Assembly (NCBI GenBank): GCA_005791465.1
Contig: SXWI01000046.1
Location: forward strand, 1 to 55,338
From: Bacteroidota bacterium
GTDB taxonomy: Bacteria; Bacteroidota; Bacteroidia; Chitinophagales; Chitinophagaceae
DNA: 55,338 nt
Reading direction: 5' to 3'
Of this stretch, positions 20,622 through 30,949 are shown piece by piece (the stretch's first letter is position 1; each line of letters begins with the position of its first letter). Under the pieces are notes generated by a model, which had not been told where the DNA came from, searched no databases, and was given only the letters and a program-made list of their open reading frames with translations. The position numbers were made by a program, and so were the translations under genes.

Positions 20622-21704
20622 CTACGACATTATTTCATAACGCTGATCACGTAATTGCAAAGGTACACAAGGCATATCAGTGCCTTTTTCAAAAGTACCC
20701 AGCATCGTATTCACTTTTATAGCACTGGCAGGATTGGAAACACAAAGCGCTACGGCATCCTGAATGGTGAAACCCGCTTTAAGAATCAGGTTATTGAAGG
20801 CACTTAACATGGTAAGTGCAGAGCCACTCAATACTCCGTTAGCAACATAATGATCATTTTCCAAGGTATGTCTATAAGGACCCTCCACACTAGCTGTTAC
20901 TGCATCGGTAATCGCAAAAAGTCGGTTTCCCATCAGTTGAAATGAAAGTTTAATAACAGACCAATCAACGTGATATCCATCTGGTATAATGCTAGCCATA
21001 ACACGATCGTGTAACAAAGCAGCACCTACTAATCCTGGAGCTCTGTGTTGCATTGGAGACATCGCATTAAATAAGTGCGTAACCAGCGAAACCCCATTTG
21101 AGAAAGCTGCTATTCCCTGTTCATAGGTCGCCATTGTATGACCAGCTGAGACTAGAATTTTAGCATCTTGCAAGTATTCTAAGATCGCTTTATCACAAAC
21201 CTCAGGCGCCAAAGTGATCATCTTGATTACGCCCTCACTTTTCGAAAGAAGCCCTTTCACCTCAGCCAAATTCGGAGAATGTATAAACTGCAGATCGTGT
21301 GCGCCACGCCTATCGGGGTTTATCCAAGGACCCTCAAGGTGCAGCCCTAGGCATCCTTTTCCTCCACCCTTCCAATACTCATTTACAGCTCTGATACCAC
21401 TATTGACTACAGAAATTTCGTTAGTAGCAATTGTTGGCAAAAAATAATGAGTACCCGACTTAGAAAACTCTTGATACATTATATCAAGTGTATCTCGAGT
21501 AGGATAAACCGAAAACAATTGTGCAGCAGCCCCATAAACCTGCAAATCAATAAAAGATGGAATCAGTAAGTCTATTTCAGGATATCCACTCTGTGCAGGC
21601 TCTAAATGAACAAGCTTATTGTCAATAAGAATAACTTCATGATTGCTTAACCACTCATGTCCTGTAAAGATGGACTTTGCAAGAAAGCGCTTTTCAACTG
21701 GCAT
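20622..21704 (-). CDS. nagA: N-acetylglucosamine-6-phosphate deacetylase
   Basis: GLHLEGP, RRGAH, TLAPE, THLFNAM, DGYH, ITDA, LSGS. Confidence 0.88.
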   Translation of the reverse strand: MPVEKRFLAKSIFTGHEWLSNHEVILIDNKLVHLEPAQSGYPEIDLLIPSFIDLQVYGAAAQLFSVYPTRDTLDIMYQEFSKSGTHYFLPTIATNEISVVNSGIRAVNEYWKGGGKGCLGLHLEGPWINPDRRGAHDLQFIHSPNLAEVKGLLSKSEGVIKMITLAPEVCDKAILEYLQDAKILVSAGHTMATYEQGIAAFSNGVSLVTHLFNAMSPMQHRAPGLVGAALLHDRVMASIIPDGYHVDWSVIKLSFQLMGNRLFAITDAVTASVEGPYRHTLENDHYVANGVLSGSALTMLSAFNNLILKAGFTIQDAVALCVSNPASAIKVNTMLGTFEKGTDMPCVPLQLRDQRYEIMS

Positions 21705-21733
21705 AACGCTGCGAGAGGGAATACCCGTGCTTC

Positions 21734-22201
21734 TTATTTTGTTTTGCTCAGAGGGCGGCGGAAAATAAAACGAGTAACAAATATCCCTTCCCCATCATCT
21801 TTTCCAGCATTACTTTCTACAGCAGAGGTAACATACGCCAATTCCCACCCTTGCTGCGCAAGTGAATTTAATTTTGAGGTAATCACTGCATCATTAGAGG
21901 CGATATTTCTAAAATTAATCCCCCCTATACTGAAAAAGTTTACCAGCTTTGTTTCATTCAACTCATCGATTTTAACATCCGAACGTTTTACAGCTCCTTG
22001 ACGAGAATCATTGCCATCTTTACGCTCTGTGGTCAAGTCCTCTGCATTAACAGCCCCATTATTCTCAATGATTCGAGAGCGACCCAGCCCCATAGGAACA
22101 ATCGATTCTACACTCGTGATAATTTTAAACTCATACTGGGCCCTAACTTCTTGGAAAAAACTAATCAAGGCAACAAGCAATAAAAATTTAGTGGTTTTCA
22201 T
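21734..22201 (-). CDS. Secreted hypothetical protein
   Basis: Signal peptide; LNSLAQQGWEL motif near the C-terminus. Confidence 0.7.
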   Translation of the reverse strand: MKTTKFLLLVALISFFQEVRAQYEFKIITSVESIVPMGLGRSRIIENNGAVNAEDLTTERKDGNDSRQGAVKRSDVKIDELNETKLVNFFSIGGINFRNIASNDAVITSKLNSLAQQGWELAYVTSAVESNAGKDDGEGIFVTRFIFRRPLSKTK

Positions 22202-22233
22202 ATAAGATTATTTATAAAATTTTAAAATCCAAG

Positions 22234-22797
22234 TCAAATCTCGGAATTATTCTTCATTAACTGAAATACTACTCCCGCAGCAACTACTTGAACACAACCC
22301 ATGATGATAAAAAGCAAATCAAATGAATAATAATAAGCTAGCAGCCCGCCAAAAGCAAAAGCAATACCAGAAACTAACTGCGACTGTCCGGTAGAAAGTC
22401 CCCATGCATAAGTGTCATGTTCTTTTGTTAAACTAGCAGCAAATAATGCATCCCAAACTGGTGTTCCGATTGCTTCAGCTACACCTAAACCAATTTGTAC
22501 TAAAAAAAGCTCAATGGGTGTATCAACCAGTAAATAACAAAAAGTCAGCAATGCATTTAGTAGATATCCTGTAAAGAGCAATTTAGCTTTATGTTTTTTA
22601 CGATTAAAAAGCTTACCCACCAGTATATAAAAAAGACCCGTACAAATAAGATACGCTGACCAGGCCCAAGTAATATCCAATATATCTCCCCCAATTCGCT
22701 CCGTGAAAATTGCATAGAGCGGCCCTAGCATCCCTTCTCCAAAATACCAGATATTAGCGCCCAACAGAAGGGTTCGCGAAGTCTTACTTAGTTTCAA
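22234..22797 (-). CDS. Half-size MFS-type transporter (about 6 TM)
   Basis: MLGPLYAIFTERIGG, VQIGLGVAEA, GGLLA; 187 aa; TTG start. Confidence 0.7.
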   Translation of the reverse strand: MKLSKTSRTLLLGANIWYFGEGMLGPLYAIFTERIGGDILDITWAWSAYLICTGLFYILVGKLFNRKKHKAKLLFTGYLLNALLTFCYLLVDTPIELFLVQIGLGVAEAIGTPVWDALFAASLTKEHDTYAWGLSTGQSQLVSGIAFAFGGLLAYYYSFDLLFIIMGCVQVVAAGVVFQLMKNNSEI

Positions 22798-22865
22798 TCA
22801 ATTTTGATTTAGTGTTAGGACAAACATATAGTGACTAGGTTTAAATATTAAGTATGAAGAAAAAC

Positions 22866-22893
22866 AAAAGCCCTGACAATAGTCAAGGCTTTT
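22866..22893 (-). terminator. Terminator hairpin downstream of the Pro-body tRNA
   Basis: AAAAGCCcTGAC-aata-GTCAaGGCTTTT. Confidence 0.75.
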
Positions 22894-22899
22894 ATAGGG

Positions 22900-22973
22900 T
22901 CGGGACGACTAGATTCGAACTAGCGACCCCTTGCACCACATGCAAGTGCGCTACCGGGCTGCGCTACGTCCCG
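22900..22973 (-). tRNA. tRNA with Pro(GGG)-type body but GUG (His) anticodon
   Basis: CGGGACG TA GCGC AGCCCGGTA GCGC A CTTGC ATGTGGT GCAAG GGGTC GCTAG TTCGAAT CTAGT CGTCCCG A; C1:G72, A73, A32-U38; CCA not encoded. Confidence 0.9.
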
Positions 22974-23002
22974 CTCCAAGAAGAGATTTTCTCCAGGGGT
23001 GG

Positions 23003-23010
23003 CAAATTTA
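23003..23010 (-). promoter_or_regulatory. -7 promoter box for the tRNA
   Basis: TAAATTTG on the minus strand about 30 nt upstream of the tRNA. Confidence 0.65.
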
Positions 23011-23049
23011 GCGCTATTTTTCGGATTTTTTAGAACGAGTACTAAGCTT

Positions 23050-23057
23050 TACCTTTG
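23050..23057 (+). promoter_or_regulatory. -7 promoter box
   Basis: TACCTTTG just before ATG 23065. Confidence 0.5.
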
Positions 23058-23064
23058 ATGCTTA

Positions 23065-24330
23065 ATGAAGCTCCTCATTAAGCAAGCCCTTGTTGTTGAT
23101 CCAAATTCTCCTTACAACAACAAAAAGGTTGATCTCCTTATCGAAGACGGTATCCTCACTAAGATTGGTAAAGTTGACGCATCAAATGCGGACAAAACAA
23201 TTACCAGTGCTGGGCTTTGTATCTCCCCAGGTTGGGTTGATTCTTTTTCACATTTTACTGATCCGGGTTATGAGCATAAAGAAACCTTAGACTCAGGTGC
23301 TGCAGCTGCATCCCGAGGAGGCTTCACTGATGTATTAATTGTACCCAACACCAACCCAGTACTTCATAACAAGGCAAGTGTTGAATATATCTTACATAAA
23401 AGCCAATCACTACCCGCCACTATACATCCAATTGGGGCAATAACTCAGCAAACAGAAGGAAAAGAACTTGCTGAAATGTATGATATGTTTGAAAACGGAG
23501 CTGTTGCTTTTTCTGACGGACTACGTTGCATCCAATCAGCAGGTCTGCTAATCAAAGCACTCCAGTACGTTAAAGCTATAGATGCTGTTGTCATACAAGT
23601 ACCAGACGATTACAGCATTAATCCAAGTGGGCTAATTAATGAAGGCATCACCTCCACACAATTAGGCTTACCCGGTAAACCTGCTATAGCGGAAGAGTTA
23701 ATGGTTGCCCGCGATCTTGCGCTCTGCAACTATGCCAATTCCAAATTACATTTAACTGGAATTAGTACAGCAAACTCCTTGCAGTTAATACAGTCTGCCA
23801 AAAAAGAAGCGGTGTCGGTCAGCTGCTCAATTACTCCTTATCACCTTTTCTTCAGTGATGAAGACCTTGCTAATTACAATACGAATCTTAAAGTAAATCC
23901 ACCTCTTCGCAGTAAAGCTGACAGAGATGCCTTGAGAAACGCAGTGAAGCTGGGCCATGTGGATTGCATAGCCAGTCATCATCTACCCCATGAATCTGAT
24001 AGCAAAATTGTTGAATTTGAACACGCGCAATACGGGATGATTGGACTTGAAACTGCATATGCAGTAACTAACACTGCTGTTGAAAATTTAACTCCATTGC
24101 GAACCGTTGAACTCTTTTCAATCAACCCACGTAAAATTTTCGGATTAGAAACGCCCACCATCGATATCAATCAAAAGATTTGTTTTACACTTTTTGATCC
24201 TACCATTGAATGGACACCCCAAAAACAAGATCTGAAATCCCGTTCTGCCAACTCCCCTTTTTTAGGTAAAAAACTTCAAGGAAAAGTTATCGGCACCCTA
24301 CATCCTAACGCGATTAGCCTTTTTGTATGA
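23065..24330 (+). CDS. Dihydroorotase-like protein with degenerate active site
   Basis: GGFTDV..PNTNP, AVAFSDG, KVNPPLR, GMIGLET, SRSANSPF; most metal ligands are missing. Confidence 0.85.
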   Translation: MKLLIKQALVVDPNSPYNNKKVDLLIEDGILTKIGKVDASNADKTITSAGLCISPGWVDSFSHFTDPGYEHKETLDSGAAAASRGGFTDVLIVPNTNPVLHNKASVEYILHKSQSLPATIHPIGAITQQTEGKELAEMYDMFENGAVAFSDGLRCIQSAGLLIKALQYVKAIDAVVIQVPDDYSINPSGLINEGITSTQLGLPGKPAIAEELMVARDLALCNYANSKLHLTGISTANSLQLIQSAKKEAVSVSCSITPYHLFFSDEDLANYNTNLKVNPPLRSKADRDALRNAVKLGHVDCIASHHLPHESDSKIVEFEHAQYGMIGLETAYAVTNTAVENLTPLRTVELFSINPRKIFGLETPTIDINQKICFTLFDPTIEWTPQKQDLKSRSANSPFLGKKLQGKVIGTLHPNAISLFV

Positions 24331-24803
24331 ACCTAAAGCGTTTAACCTGGAGTTTCAGTACCGCCTTTGTAATGATGGCCATAAGTTGGTTAGGTTTTTT
24401 GGACTACATATCCAACCCCACTACCACACAACTTTTGGTTTACGGATTCTATGCGCTTAGCACTTGGTACCTACTTTTCTTTAATCGGAAGGAAAGTCAG
24501 GCTTTTAAGGACTTTTTCCAGATTGGATTTAGACACTTTATTTTAGTTACACTACTCATGGCGCTGTTCTCCTATTTCTTTATCCAATTACATCCCAACC
24601 TGGTAGAAGATTCAGCGATTCAGCTACGGACGACGCTCCAAAATACAAATAACAGAACCCCAGCCGAAATTGAAAGGGATGTTAAACTCTTTATTGAAGG
24701 GTACCCCTCAGCGATGGTATCCCGAACAATTTTCGGATATTTGGTAGTAGGAAGTTTGGTTACTGCCATCAGTTCCTTCTTGCTTACGCTACAAAAAAAA
24801 TAA
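24327..24803 (+). CDS. DUF4199-like membrane protein
   Basis: About 4 TM; FKDFFQIGF; overlaps neighbours. Confidence 0.6.
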   Translation: MNLKRLTWSFSTAFVMMAISWLGFLDYISNPTTTQLLVYGFYALSTWYLLFFNRKESQAFKDFFQIGFRHFILVTLLMALFSYFFIQLHPNLVEDSAIQLRTTLQNTNNRTPAEIERDVKLFIEGYPSAMVSRTIFGYLVVGSLVTAISSFLLTLQKK

Positions 24804-25744
24804 TGGATTTATCCTTAGTCATACCCTTACTAAACGAAGCTGAATCACTTCCTGAGCTGACCCATTGGATTGAAAAAGTGATGAATGAACATGGCTACTC
24901 GTATGAATTAATTTATGTAGATGACGGGAGCGAAGATGACTCCTGGCAAGTAATTCAAACGCTACAACAAGGTAATCCTAATGTTAAAGGCATTAAGTTT
25001 CAGCGTAACTATGGGAAATCGGCTGCGTTACAGGTAGGATTCACAGCTGCGACTGGAGAGATTGTAATCACGATGGATGCTGACCTCCAAGATTCGCCCG
25101 AGGAAATACCAGGACTACGTGCTATGATCCTAGAAAAGGGATACGACTTGGTGAGTGGTTGGAAAAAAGTCAGATATGACAACACCCTTACCAAAAATAT
25201 TCCCTCTCAATTTTTCAATGCGGTGACGCGCAGCATGTCAGGTATTCGTTTACATGATTTCAATTGCGGCTTAAAAGCATATAGAAAAAACGTGGTTAAA
25301 AGCATTGAAGTATACGGTGAAATGCATCGTTATATTCCCGTTTTAGCAAAATGGTCGGGTTTTAAAAAAATTGGAGAAAAAGTCGTGGAGCACCGCAGGC
25401 GGAAACATGGTGTTTCCAAATTTGGCTGGGATCGCTTTGTCAATGGCTTTCTTGATCTTTTATCCATTTCTTTTGTTGGGAAATTTGCAAAACGCCCAAT
25501 GCACTTTTTTGGATTATGGGGATCGCTTTGTTTTCTAATTGGATTTTTTGTTGCAGGATTCTTAGTGCTGTCTAAAATAGTTGACGCGAACTTTGCATTA
25601 ACCAACAGACCCGGCTTCTATATTGCGCTTACACTGCTAGTTATAGGAATGCAATTATTTTTAGCGGGTTATCTGGGCGAACTTATTGCCCGAAACTCCC
25701 CTACTCGCAATCAGTACCTGGTAGAAACTCAAATTGGTTTTTAA
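24803..25744 (+). CDS. Glycosyltransferase family 2 (ArnC/DPM synthase-like)
   Basis: VIPLLNE, VDDGS, RNYGKSAAL, MDADLQD, HDFNCGLKAY; two C-terminal TMs. Confidence 0.92.
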   Translation: MDLSLVIPLLNEAESLPELTHWIEKVMNEHGYSYELIYVDDGSEDDSWQVIQTLQQGNPNVKGIKFQRNYGKSAALQVGFTAATGEIVITMDADLQDSPEEIPGLRAMILEKGYDLVSGWKKVRYDNTLTKNIPSQFFNAVTRSMSGIRLHDFNCGLKAYRKNVVKSIEVYGEMHRYIPVLAKWSGFKKIGEKVVEHRRRKHGVSKFGWDRFVNGFLDLLSISFVGKFAKRPMHFFGLWGSLCFLIGFFVAGFLVLSKIVDANFALTNRPGFYIALTLLVIGMQLFLAGYLGELIARNSPTRNQYLVETQIGF

Positions 25745-26880
25745 TGTCCGGCATTGTAATCATAGGTCCGGCGCATCCGCTTCGGGGTGGTGGCATTGTA
25801 AGTTTTAATGAACGATTAGCCTACGCCTTTCAAGATGCTGGTCATAGCTGTGAGATCTGGTCATTTTCATTACAATACCCTGGTTTTTTATTCCCCGGGA
25901 AATCGCAGTTTGTTACCACTCCCCCTCCTAAAGGATTAACGATACGTACCCTGATTAATTCGATCAATCCTTTGAATTGGATACTGGTGGGATTAAAACT
26001 AAAAAAGAAAAATCCGGAACTAGTCATTGTGCGATTTTGGATTCCTTTCATGGGCCCCTGTCTCGGTACTATTTTACGTTTGATCAATAAAAAACAAACC
26101 AAGGTTATTTGTATTGCAGATAATATAATCCCCCACGAGAAAAGACCCGGCGATAAATTATTCACACGATATTTTATAAAAAGTTGTGACGCTTTTGTAA
26201 CCATGAGCAAATCTGTACTGAGTGACTTACAAAAAATAGCGCCGTCAAAGCCAGCAAAACTCACCGTTCATCCCTTATATGATCAATTTGGCCCACAACT
26301 TCCGCAAGATATTGCACGTGAAAAACTAGGATTGAACCGACAAGAAAAAATCATCTTATTTTTTGGCTTTATCAGACCTTATAAAGGACTGGATCTATTA
26401 CTGGCAGCTATGAGGGAGCCAAGAATTCAATCCATGCAAGTCAAATTGCTGATTGCCGGAGAATTTTATGAAAATGAAGACCGATATCATCAACTTATTC
26501 AAGAATATGAATTAAAGGATCAAGTTATTCTTCACACCCATTTTATTTCTGATCATGAAGTTGGCATTTATTTGTCTGCAGCCGATTTAGTGGTTCAGCC
26601 TTATAAAACAGCTACACAAAGTGGTGTTACACCGCTTGCATATCATTTTGAAAAACCCATGATTGTGACCAATGTAGGGGGACTTCCAGAAATGGTTCCT
26701 CACAAAAAAGCAGGATTAGTATGCGAGCCAAACTCAATTGATATAGCTAGAAGTATTGAAACATTTTATCAAATTGGGACCTCTCATTTTACACCCGGGA
26801 TTCAAGAGGAGAAAAAGAAATACGAGTGGTCCACAATGATTGAAACCCTCTTTGCGTTGCATAAAGAGATTAAACAATAA
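25744..26880 (+). CDS. Glycosyltransferase family 4
   Basis: FFGFIRPYKG, PYKTATQSGV, TNVGGLPE. Confidence 0.9.
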   Translation: MSGIVIIGPAHPLRGGGIVSFNERLAYAFQDAGHSCEIWSFSLQYPGFLFPGKSQFVTTPPPKGLTIRTLINSINPLNWILVGLKLKKKNPELVIVRFWIPFMGPCLGTILRLINKKQTKVICIADNIIPHEKRPGDKLFTRYFIKSCDAFVTMSKSVLSDLQKIAPSKPAKLTVHPLYDQFGPQLPQDIAREKLGLNRQEKIILFFGFIRPYKGLDLLLAAMREPRIQSMQVKLLIAGEFYENEDRYHQLIQEYELKDQVILHTHFISDHEVGIYLSAADLVVQPYKTATQSGVTPLAYHFEKPMIVTNVGGLPEMVPHKKAGLVCEPNSIDIARSIETFYQIGTSHFTPGIQEEKKKYEWSTMIETLFALHKEIKQ

Positions 26881-26885
26881 TAATC

Positions 26886-27833
26886 ATGCATCGCATTTTC
26901 GTACTGCTTTTATTACTTGCTGTGAATAAATCTTGCGCCCTATGGGCACAAGCAACGACCATTATTTCACCTTCTACCCTTAAACTGCTACAAGCAAAGG
27001 AAGACACTTTAAAAGATTTCGCATTTTATCTGACTACAGACAGCTTACCAGAGGAAAGAATGGTAGCAGACAGTGTATTTACCCGGACATTGGTTCGTAC
27101 TTTACAAATCCCCTACTCATTTCATTACCCCTTTGATTCCGTTTTGGGCATTTCAAAAAAGTATGCCCCAGACTCCAGTTTTAGAATCATAACCTGGAAT
27201 CTTCAATTCAATGACTATTATAATCGTCAACGAGGTGCCATTCAAATGAATACTAAAGATGGCAAGCTCAAGCTGTTCCCCTTGCGAGATGCTTCAGAAT
27301 TTACAGATCATCCTGAGGATTCTGCAAGAACACCAAAGAACTGGGTTGGAGCCCTCTATTACAACATCATTAAAAATGAAGACCAAGGTAAAGCGTATTA
27401 CACGCTATTTGGACTAGACCCTAATAACGCAAAAAGCACTATCAAATGGATGGAAGTACTGCATTTTTCTCCTAAAGGAGAACCCATTTTTGGCGGACCC
27501 TTTTTCAGCTATGAGCGAGACAGTGTCCCTAAAAAAACACAGATGCGTATATGTCTTGAGTACAAAAAGAATGCACGCGTACTCATGGACTACGTCCCTG
27601 ATTTAGGTTTGATTCTGATCGATCATCTGATCTCTGAAAATGATGATGCAGAAAGTCCTTGGACCTTTGTACCCGATGGAGACCAGGAAGGCTTTAAATG
27701 GGAAAAAGGAAGATGGATACACATCAATAAAGTGTTCACTCAAAAACTACAGGACGGAAAAGCGCCTCGAGAGATGCCACTCTTTAATCTACCTGGCCAG
27801 GAGAAATTACCTGCTACAAAAAAAGGGAACTAA
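26886..27833 (+). CDS. Secreted conserved hypothetical protein
   Basis: Signal peptide; SFHYPFDS, FRIITW, WVGALYY, IDHL, VPDG. Confidence 0.7.
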   Translation: MHRIFVLLLLLAVNKSCALWAQATTIISPSTLKLLQAKEDTLKDFAFYLTTDSLPEERMVADSVFTRTLVRTLQIPYSFHYPFDSVLGISKKYAPDSSFRIITWNLQFNDYYNRQRGAIQMNTKDGKLKLFPLRDASEFTDHPEDSARTPKNWVGALYYNIIKNEDQGKAYYTLFGLDPNNAKSTIKWMEVLHFSPKGEPIFGGPFFSYERDSVPKKTQMRICLEYKKNARVLMDYVPDLGLILIDHLISENDDAESPWTFVPDGDQEGFKWEKGRWIHINKVFTQKLQDGKAPREMPLFNLPGQEKLPATKKGN

Positions 27834-27837
27834 ATAA

Positions 27838-29631
27838 TTATTCGTCGAGCTTAAGTACCGCCAGGAATGCCTCTTGCGGAACTTCCACATTACCGATTTG
27901 ACGCATTCTCTTTTTACCTTCCTTTTGCTTTTCTAATAACTTACGCTTGCGACTGATATCTCCCCCATAACATTTTGCTGTTACATCTTTTCTCATCGCA
28001 GAGATATTTTCACGTGCCACCACTTTTGCACCTATTGCGGCTTGTATTGCAATTTGGAATTGCTGACGAGGTAATAACTCTTTTAACTTTTCACAAAGTT
28101 TACGACCAAATTCCTGTGCTCTACTGCGGTGAATCAATGCAGATAAGGCATCTACTTTATCTCCATTGAGGAGAATATCCATTTTACAGATATCACTTAC
28201 CCGATAACCAATAGGATGGTAGTCAAAAGAAGCATATCCTCTTGTTTGTGATTTAAGCTTATCGTAGAAATCAAACACAATTTCTGTAAGTGGCATCTCA
28301 AAAATGAGTTCAACACGTGTAGGAGTTAAATAACTCTGATTGATTAATATGCCTCTTTTACCTAAACAAAGTGTCATGATGTTACCAATGTACTCGGGCT
28401 TAGAAATGATCTGCGCCTTGATAAATGGCTCATCGATATGGTCAGTTTTTACTGGATCTGGAAACTCTGTGGGGTTATTTACTATAATAGTCTCCTCCTT
28501 TGTGGTGGTGGCAATAAAACTAACGTTGGGAACAGTGGTAATTACAGTTTGATTAAACTCACGCTCCAAGCGCTCTTGGATTATTTCCATATGAAGCATC
28601 CCCAGAAAACCGCAACGAAATCCAAAGCCCAAGGCTTGCGAAGTTTCCAGCTCAAAGGTGAGTGAAGCATCATTTAACTGCAACTTATCCATACAGTCCC
28701 TAAGCTCTTCAAATTCGTCTGTGTTGACAGGGAAAATTCCTGCAAAGACCATCGGTTTAACTTCTTCAAATCCTTTGATCTGTTCAGGTGTTGGATTGGA
28801 TGCTAGTGTAATGGTATCCCCAACTTTTACCTCTTTTGCATTTTTGATACCGGTAATGATATAACCAACATCGCCAGTTTTAACCTCTTTCTTCTCAGTC
28901 ATTTTAAGCTTGAGAATCCCCACCTCATCAGCTTCATATTCTTGATCGGTCGAAACAAACTTTACTCGGTCTCCTTTTTTAATGGAGCCATTCAAAATTC
29001 GATAATAAACAATTATACCACGAAATGAATTGAATACGGAGTCAAAAATCAGCGCCTGTAATGGAGCATCTGGCTTTCCTTTTGGGGCAGGAATTCGATC
29101 TACAATGGAGGATAGCACCTTTTCAACACCTAGCCCCGTGCGACCACTTGCATGCAATGTATCTTCCCTTTTACAACCAATTAGATCAACAATCTGATCC
29201 TCGACTTCCTCGATCATTGCCCCATCCATATCTATCTTATTGATGACTGGAATGATCTCAAGATTATTTTCAATAGCAAGGTATAAATTGCTGATTGTCT
29301 GCGCTTGAATACCTTGAGTAGCGTCTACTAAAAGCAAGCAACCCTCACAGGCAGCAAGTGCACGACTCACCTCATAACTAAAGTCGACGTGACCAGGCGT
29401 ATCGATCAAGTTTAGAATATATTCCTGGCCATCCGTATGCTTGTAATTTATCTGGATGGCATGACTTTTAATGGTAATGCCCTTTTCTCGCTCCAGATCC
29501 ATGTCATCCAACACTTGATCCATCATATCCCTCTCGGAGATGGTATTAGTAACCTGTAATAGACGGTCAGCCAGGGTTGACTTCCCGTGGTCAATATGCG
29601 CGATAATGCAAAAATTCCGGATATTCTTCAT
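27838..29631 (-). CDS. lepA: Elongation factor 4
   Basis: [54 protein letters not shown]. Confidence 0.98.
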   Translation of the reverse strand: MKNIRNFCIIAHIDHGKSTLADRLLQVTNTISERDMMDQVLDDMDLEREKGITIKSHAIQINYKHTDGQEYILNLIDTPGHVDFSYEVSRALAACEGCLLLVDATQGIQAQTISNLYLAIENNLEIIPVINKIDMDGAMIEEVEDQIVDLIGCKREDTLHASGRTGLGVEKVLSSIVDRIPAPKGKPDAPLQALIFDSVFNSFRGIIVYYRILNGSIKKGDRVKFVSTDQEYEADEVGILKLKMTEKKEVKTGDVGYIITGIKNAKEVKVGDTITLASNPTPEQIKGFEEVKPMVFAGIFPVNTDEFEELRDCMDKLQLNDASLTFELETSQALGFGFRCGFLGMLHMEIIQERLEREFNQTVITTVPNVSFIATTTKEETIIVNNPTEFPDPVKTDHIDEPFIKAQIISKPEYIGNIMTLCLGKRGILINQSYLTPTRVELIFEMPLTEIVFDFYDKLKSQTRGYASFDYHPIGYRVSDICKMDILLNGDKVDALSALIHRSRAQEFGRKLCEKLKELLPRQQFQIAIQAAIGAKVVARENISAMRKDVTAKCYGGDISRKRKLLEKQKEGKKRMRQIGNVEVPQEAFLAVLKLDE

Positions 29632-29656
29632 GAATCAGAGGCCGCTTTTAGCGGTG

Positions 29657-29664
29657 CAAAGGTA
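29657..29664 (-). promoter_or_regulatory. -7 promoter box of lepA
   Basis: TACCTTTG on the minus strand. Confidence 0.6.
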
Positions 29665-29679
29665 GCCCTTTTCAAGCGA

Positions 29680-30489
29680 TCATTTCGAGGAAAGATGCTT
29701 GATTCGATTCCAGATAGCGTCCATTTCTTCCAGTGTCATTTCACTGAGACGCTGACCACCCTCATGGGCGGCCTTCTCCATTAATTGAAATCTGTCCACA
29801 AACTTTTTATTTGTTCGTTCGAGTGCATTTTCGGGATCCAGATTCAAGAAACGACCGTAATTAACCAAGGAAAATAACAGGTCACCAAACTCCTCTTCAA
29901 TACGCGCCTGTTGTTTGGCATCCTGAGAGAGATCTTGAGCGGCCGTTACTTCTTGCTCCAATTCCAACAACTCTTCTTTCACCTTATCCCACACCTGATC
30001 CGCATTTTCCCACTCAAATCCAACCTGCTTGGATTTCTCTTGCAAACGCATAGCCTTCACCAAAGCTGGTAAACTAACAGGTACCCCGCTCAGTACTGAT
30101 TTTTTCCCTTCCTTCAATTTAAGCTTCTCCCAATTTCTTTTCACCTCATGTTCGTCCTGTACTTTAACATCACCGTAAATATGCGGATGCCGATCAATTA
30201 ACTTTTTGCAAATACCCTCTACCACTTCATTAAAAGTGAAAGCATTTTGTTCTGATGCAATTTTTGCATAGAAAACTAAATGTAAAAGCAAATCCCCCAA
30301 TTCCTCTTTGATAGCCACCAAATCTCCAGTGGTAATCGCATCCGCCAATTCATAGGTTTCCTCAATAGTCAACTGGCGTAATGAAGCAAGTGTTTGCTTC
30401 TGATCCCAAGGACATTTTTCGCGCAGATCGTCCATAATGGATAGCAAACGGCTCATAGACTGACCTGGACTAGAGGGAGTTGATTTCAT
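29680..30489 (-). CDS. mazG: Nucleoside triphosphate pyrophosphohydrolase MazG
   Basis: CPWDQKQT, EETYEL, EELGDLL, RHPHIYG, EEFGDLLF. Confidence 0.95.
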   Translation of the reverse strand: MKSTPSSPGQSMSRLLSIMDDLREKCPWDQKQTLASLRQLTIEETYELADAITTGDLVAIKEELGDLLLHLVFYAKIASEQNAFTFNEVVEGICKKLIDRHPHIYGDVKVQDEHEVKRNWEKLKLKEGKKSVLSGVPVSLPALVKAMRLQEKSKQVGFEWENADQVWDKVKEELLELEQEVTAAQDLSQDAKQQARIEEEFGDLLFSLVNYGRFLNLDPENALERTNKKFVDRFQLMEKAAHEGGQRLSEMTLEEMDAIWNRIKHLSSK

Positions 30490-30571
30490 AAATCAAATGT
30501 AAGAAATGCCCATGCAGGTTATGATGTATTTAGAGTTGAGATTTTCTTTATTTTTACACCAATAATTTACT

Positions 30572-30946
30572 ATGAAAAACGCGGCTAGAATACTCTTACT
30601 GATCGGTTGCACTTTTTCACTGTTAGGATTTCAGTGCGAAAAGCAAGTCAATGGTCCACTATTAAAGGGGAAGTTAGCTGTCAACGGAATTTGCTCCAAT
30701 ATCACCATAACGCTTGTCGAGGGCAATCTAGATCCAGGTCAGTTTGAGAATAATTGGACCGATCCCACCACCGGCATTACCTATCAAAATGCATTCCGAT
30801 TAGCCAACCCTTGCCAGTTCCCAAGCCATATAAGAGAAGGCGATGAATTCTATTTTCGAGTCACTACCCGAGTGAATGAAACATGCGCAACTTGCTTAGC
30901 CTATTACCCTACCCCTCAAACAGCTCTAGCGATCCAAGTTGAGTAA
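30572..30946 (+). CDS. Hypothetical lipoprotein with several cysteines
   Basis: Signal peptide ending GFQC; CATCLAYYPTP. Confidence 0.7.
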   Translation: MKNAARILLLIGCTFSLLGFQCEKQVNGPLLKGKLAVNGICSNITITLVEGNLDPGQFENNWTDPTTGITYQNAFRLANPCQFPSHIREGDEFYFRVTTRVNETCATCLAYYPTPQTALAIQVE

Positions 30947-30949
30947 GCG

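Noticed and set aside
27838-29631. Genome-wide codon reassignment (CGY to Leu, CAY to Pro) suggested by the odd tRNAs
   Set aside because: Conserved LepA residues use these codons normally: CAC for His in PGHVDF, CGT for Arg in EVSR, CGC and CGT for Arg in QERLERE
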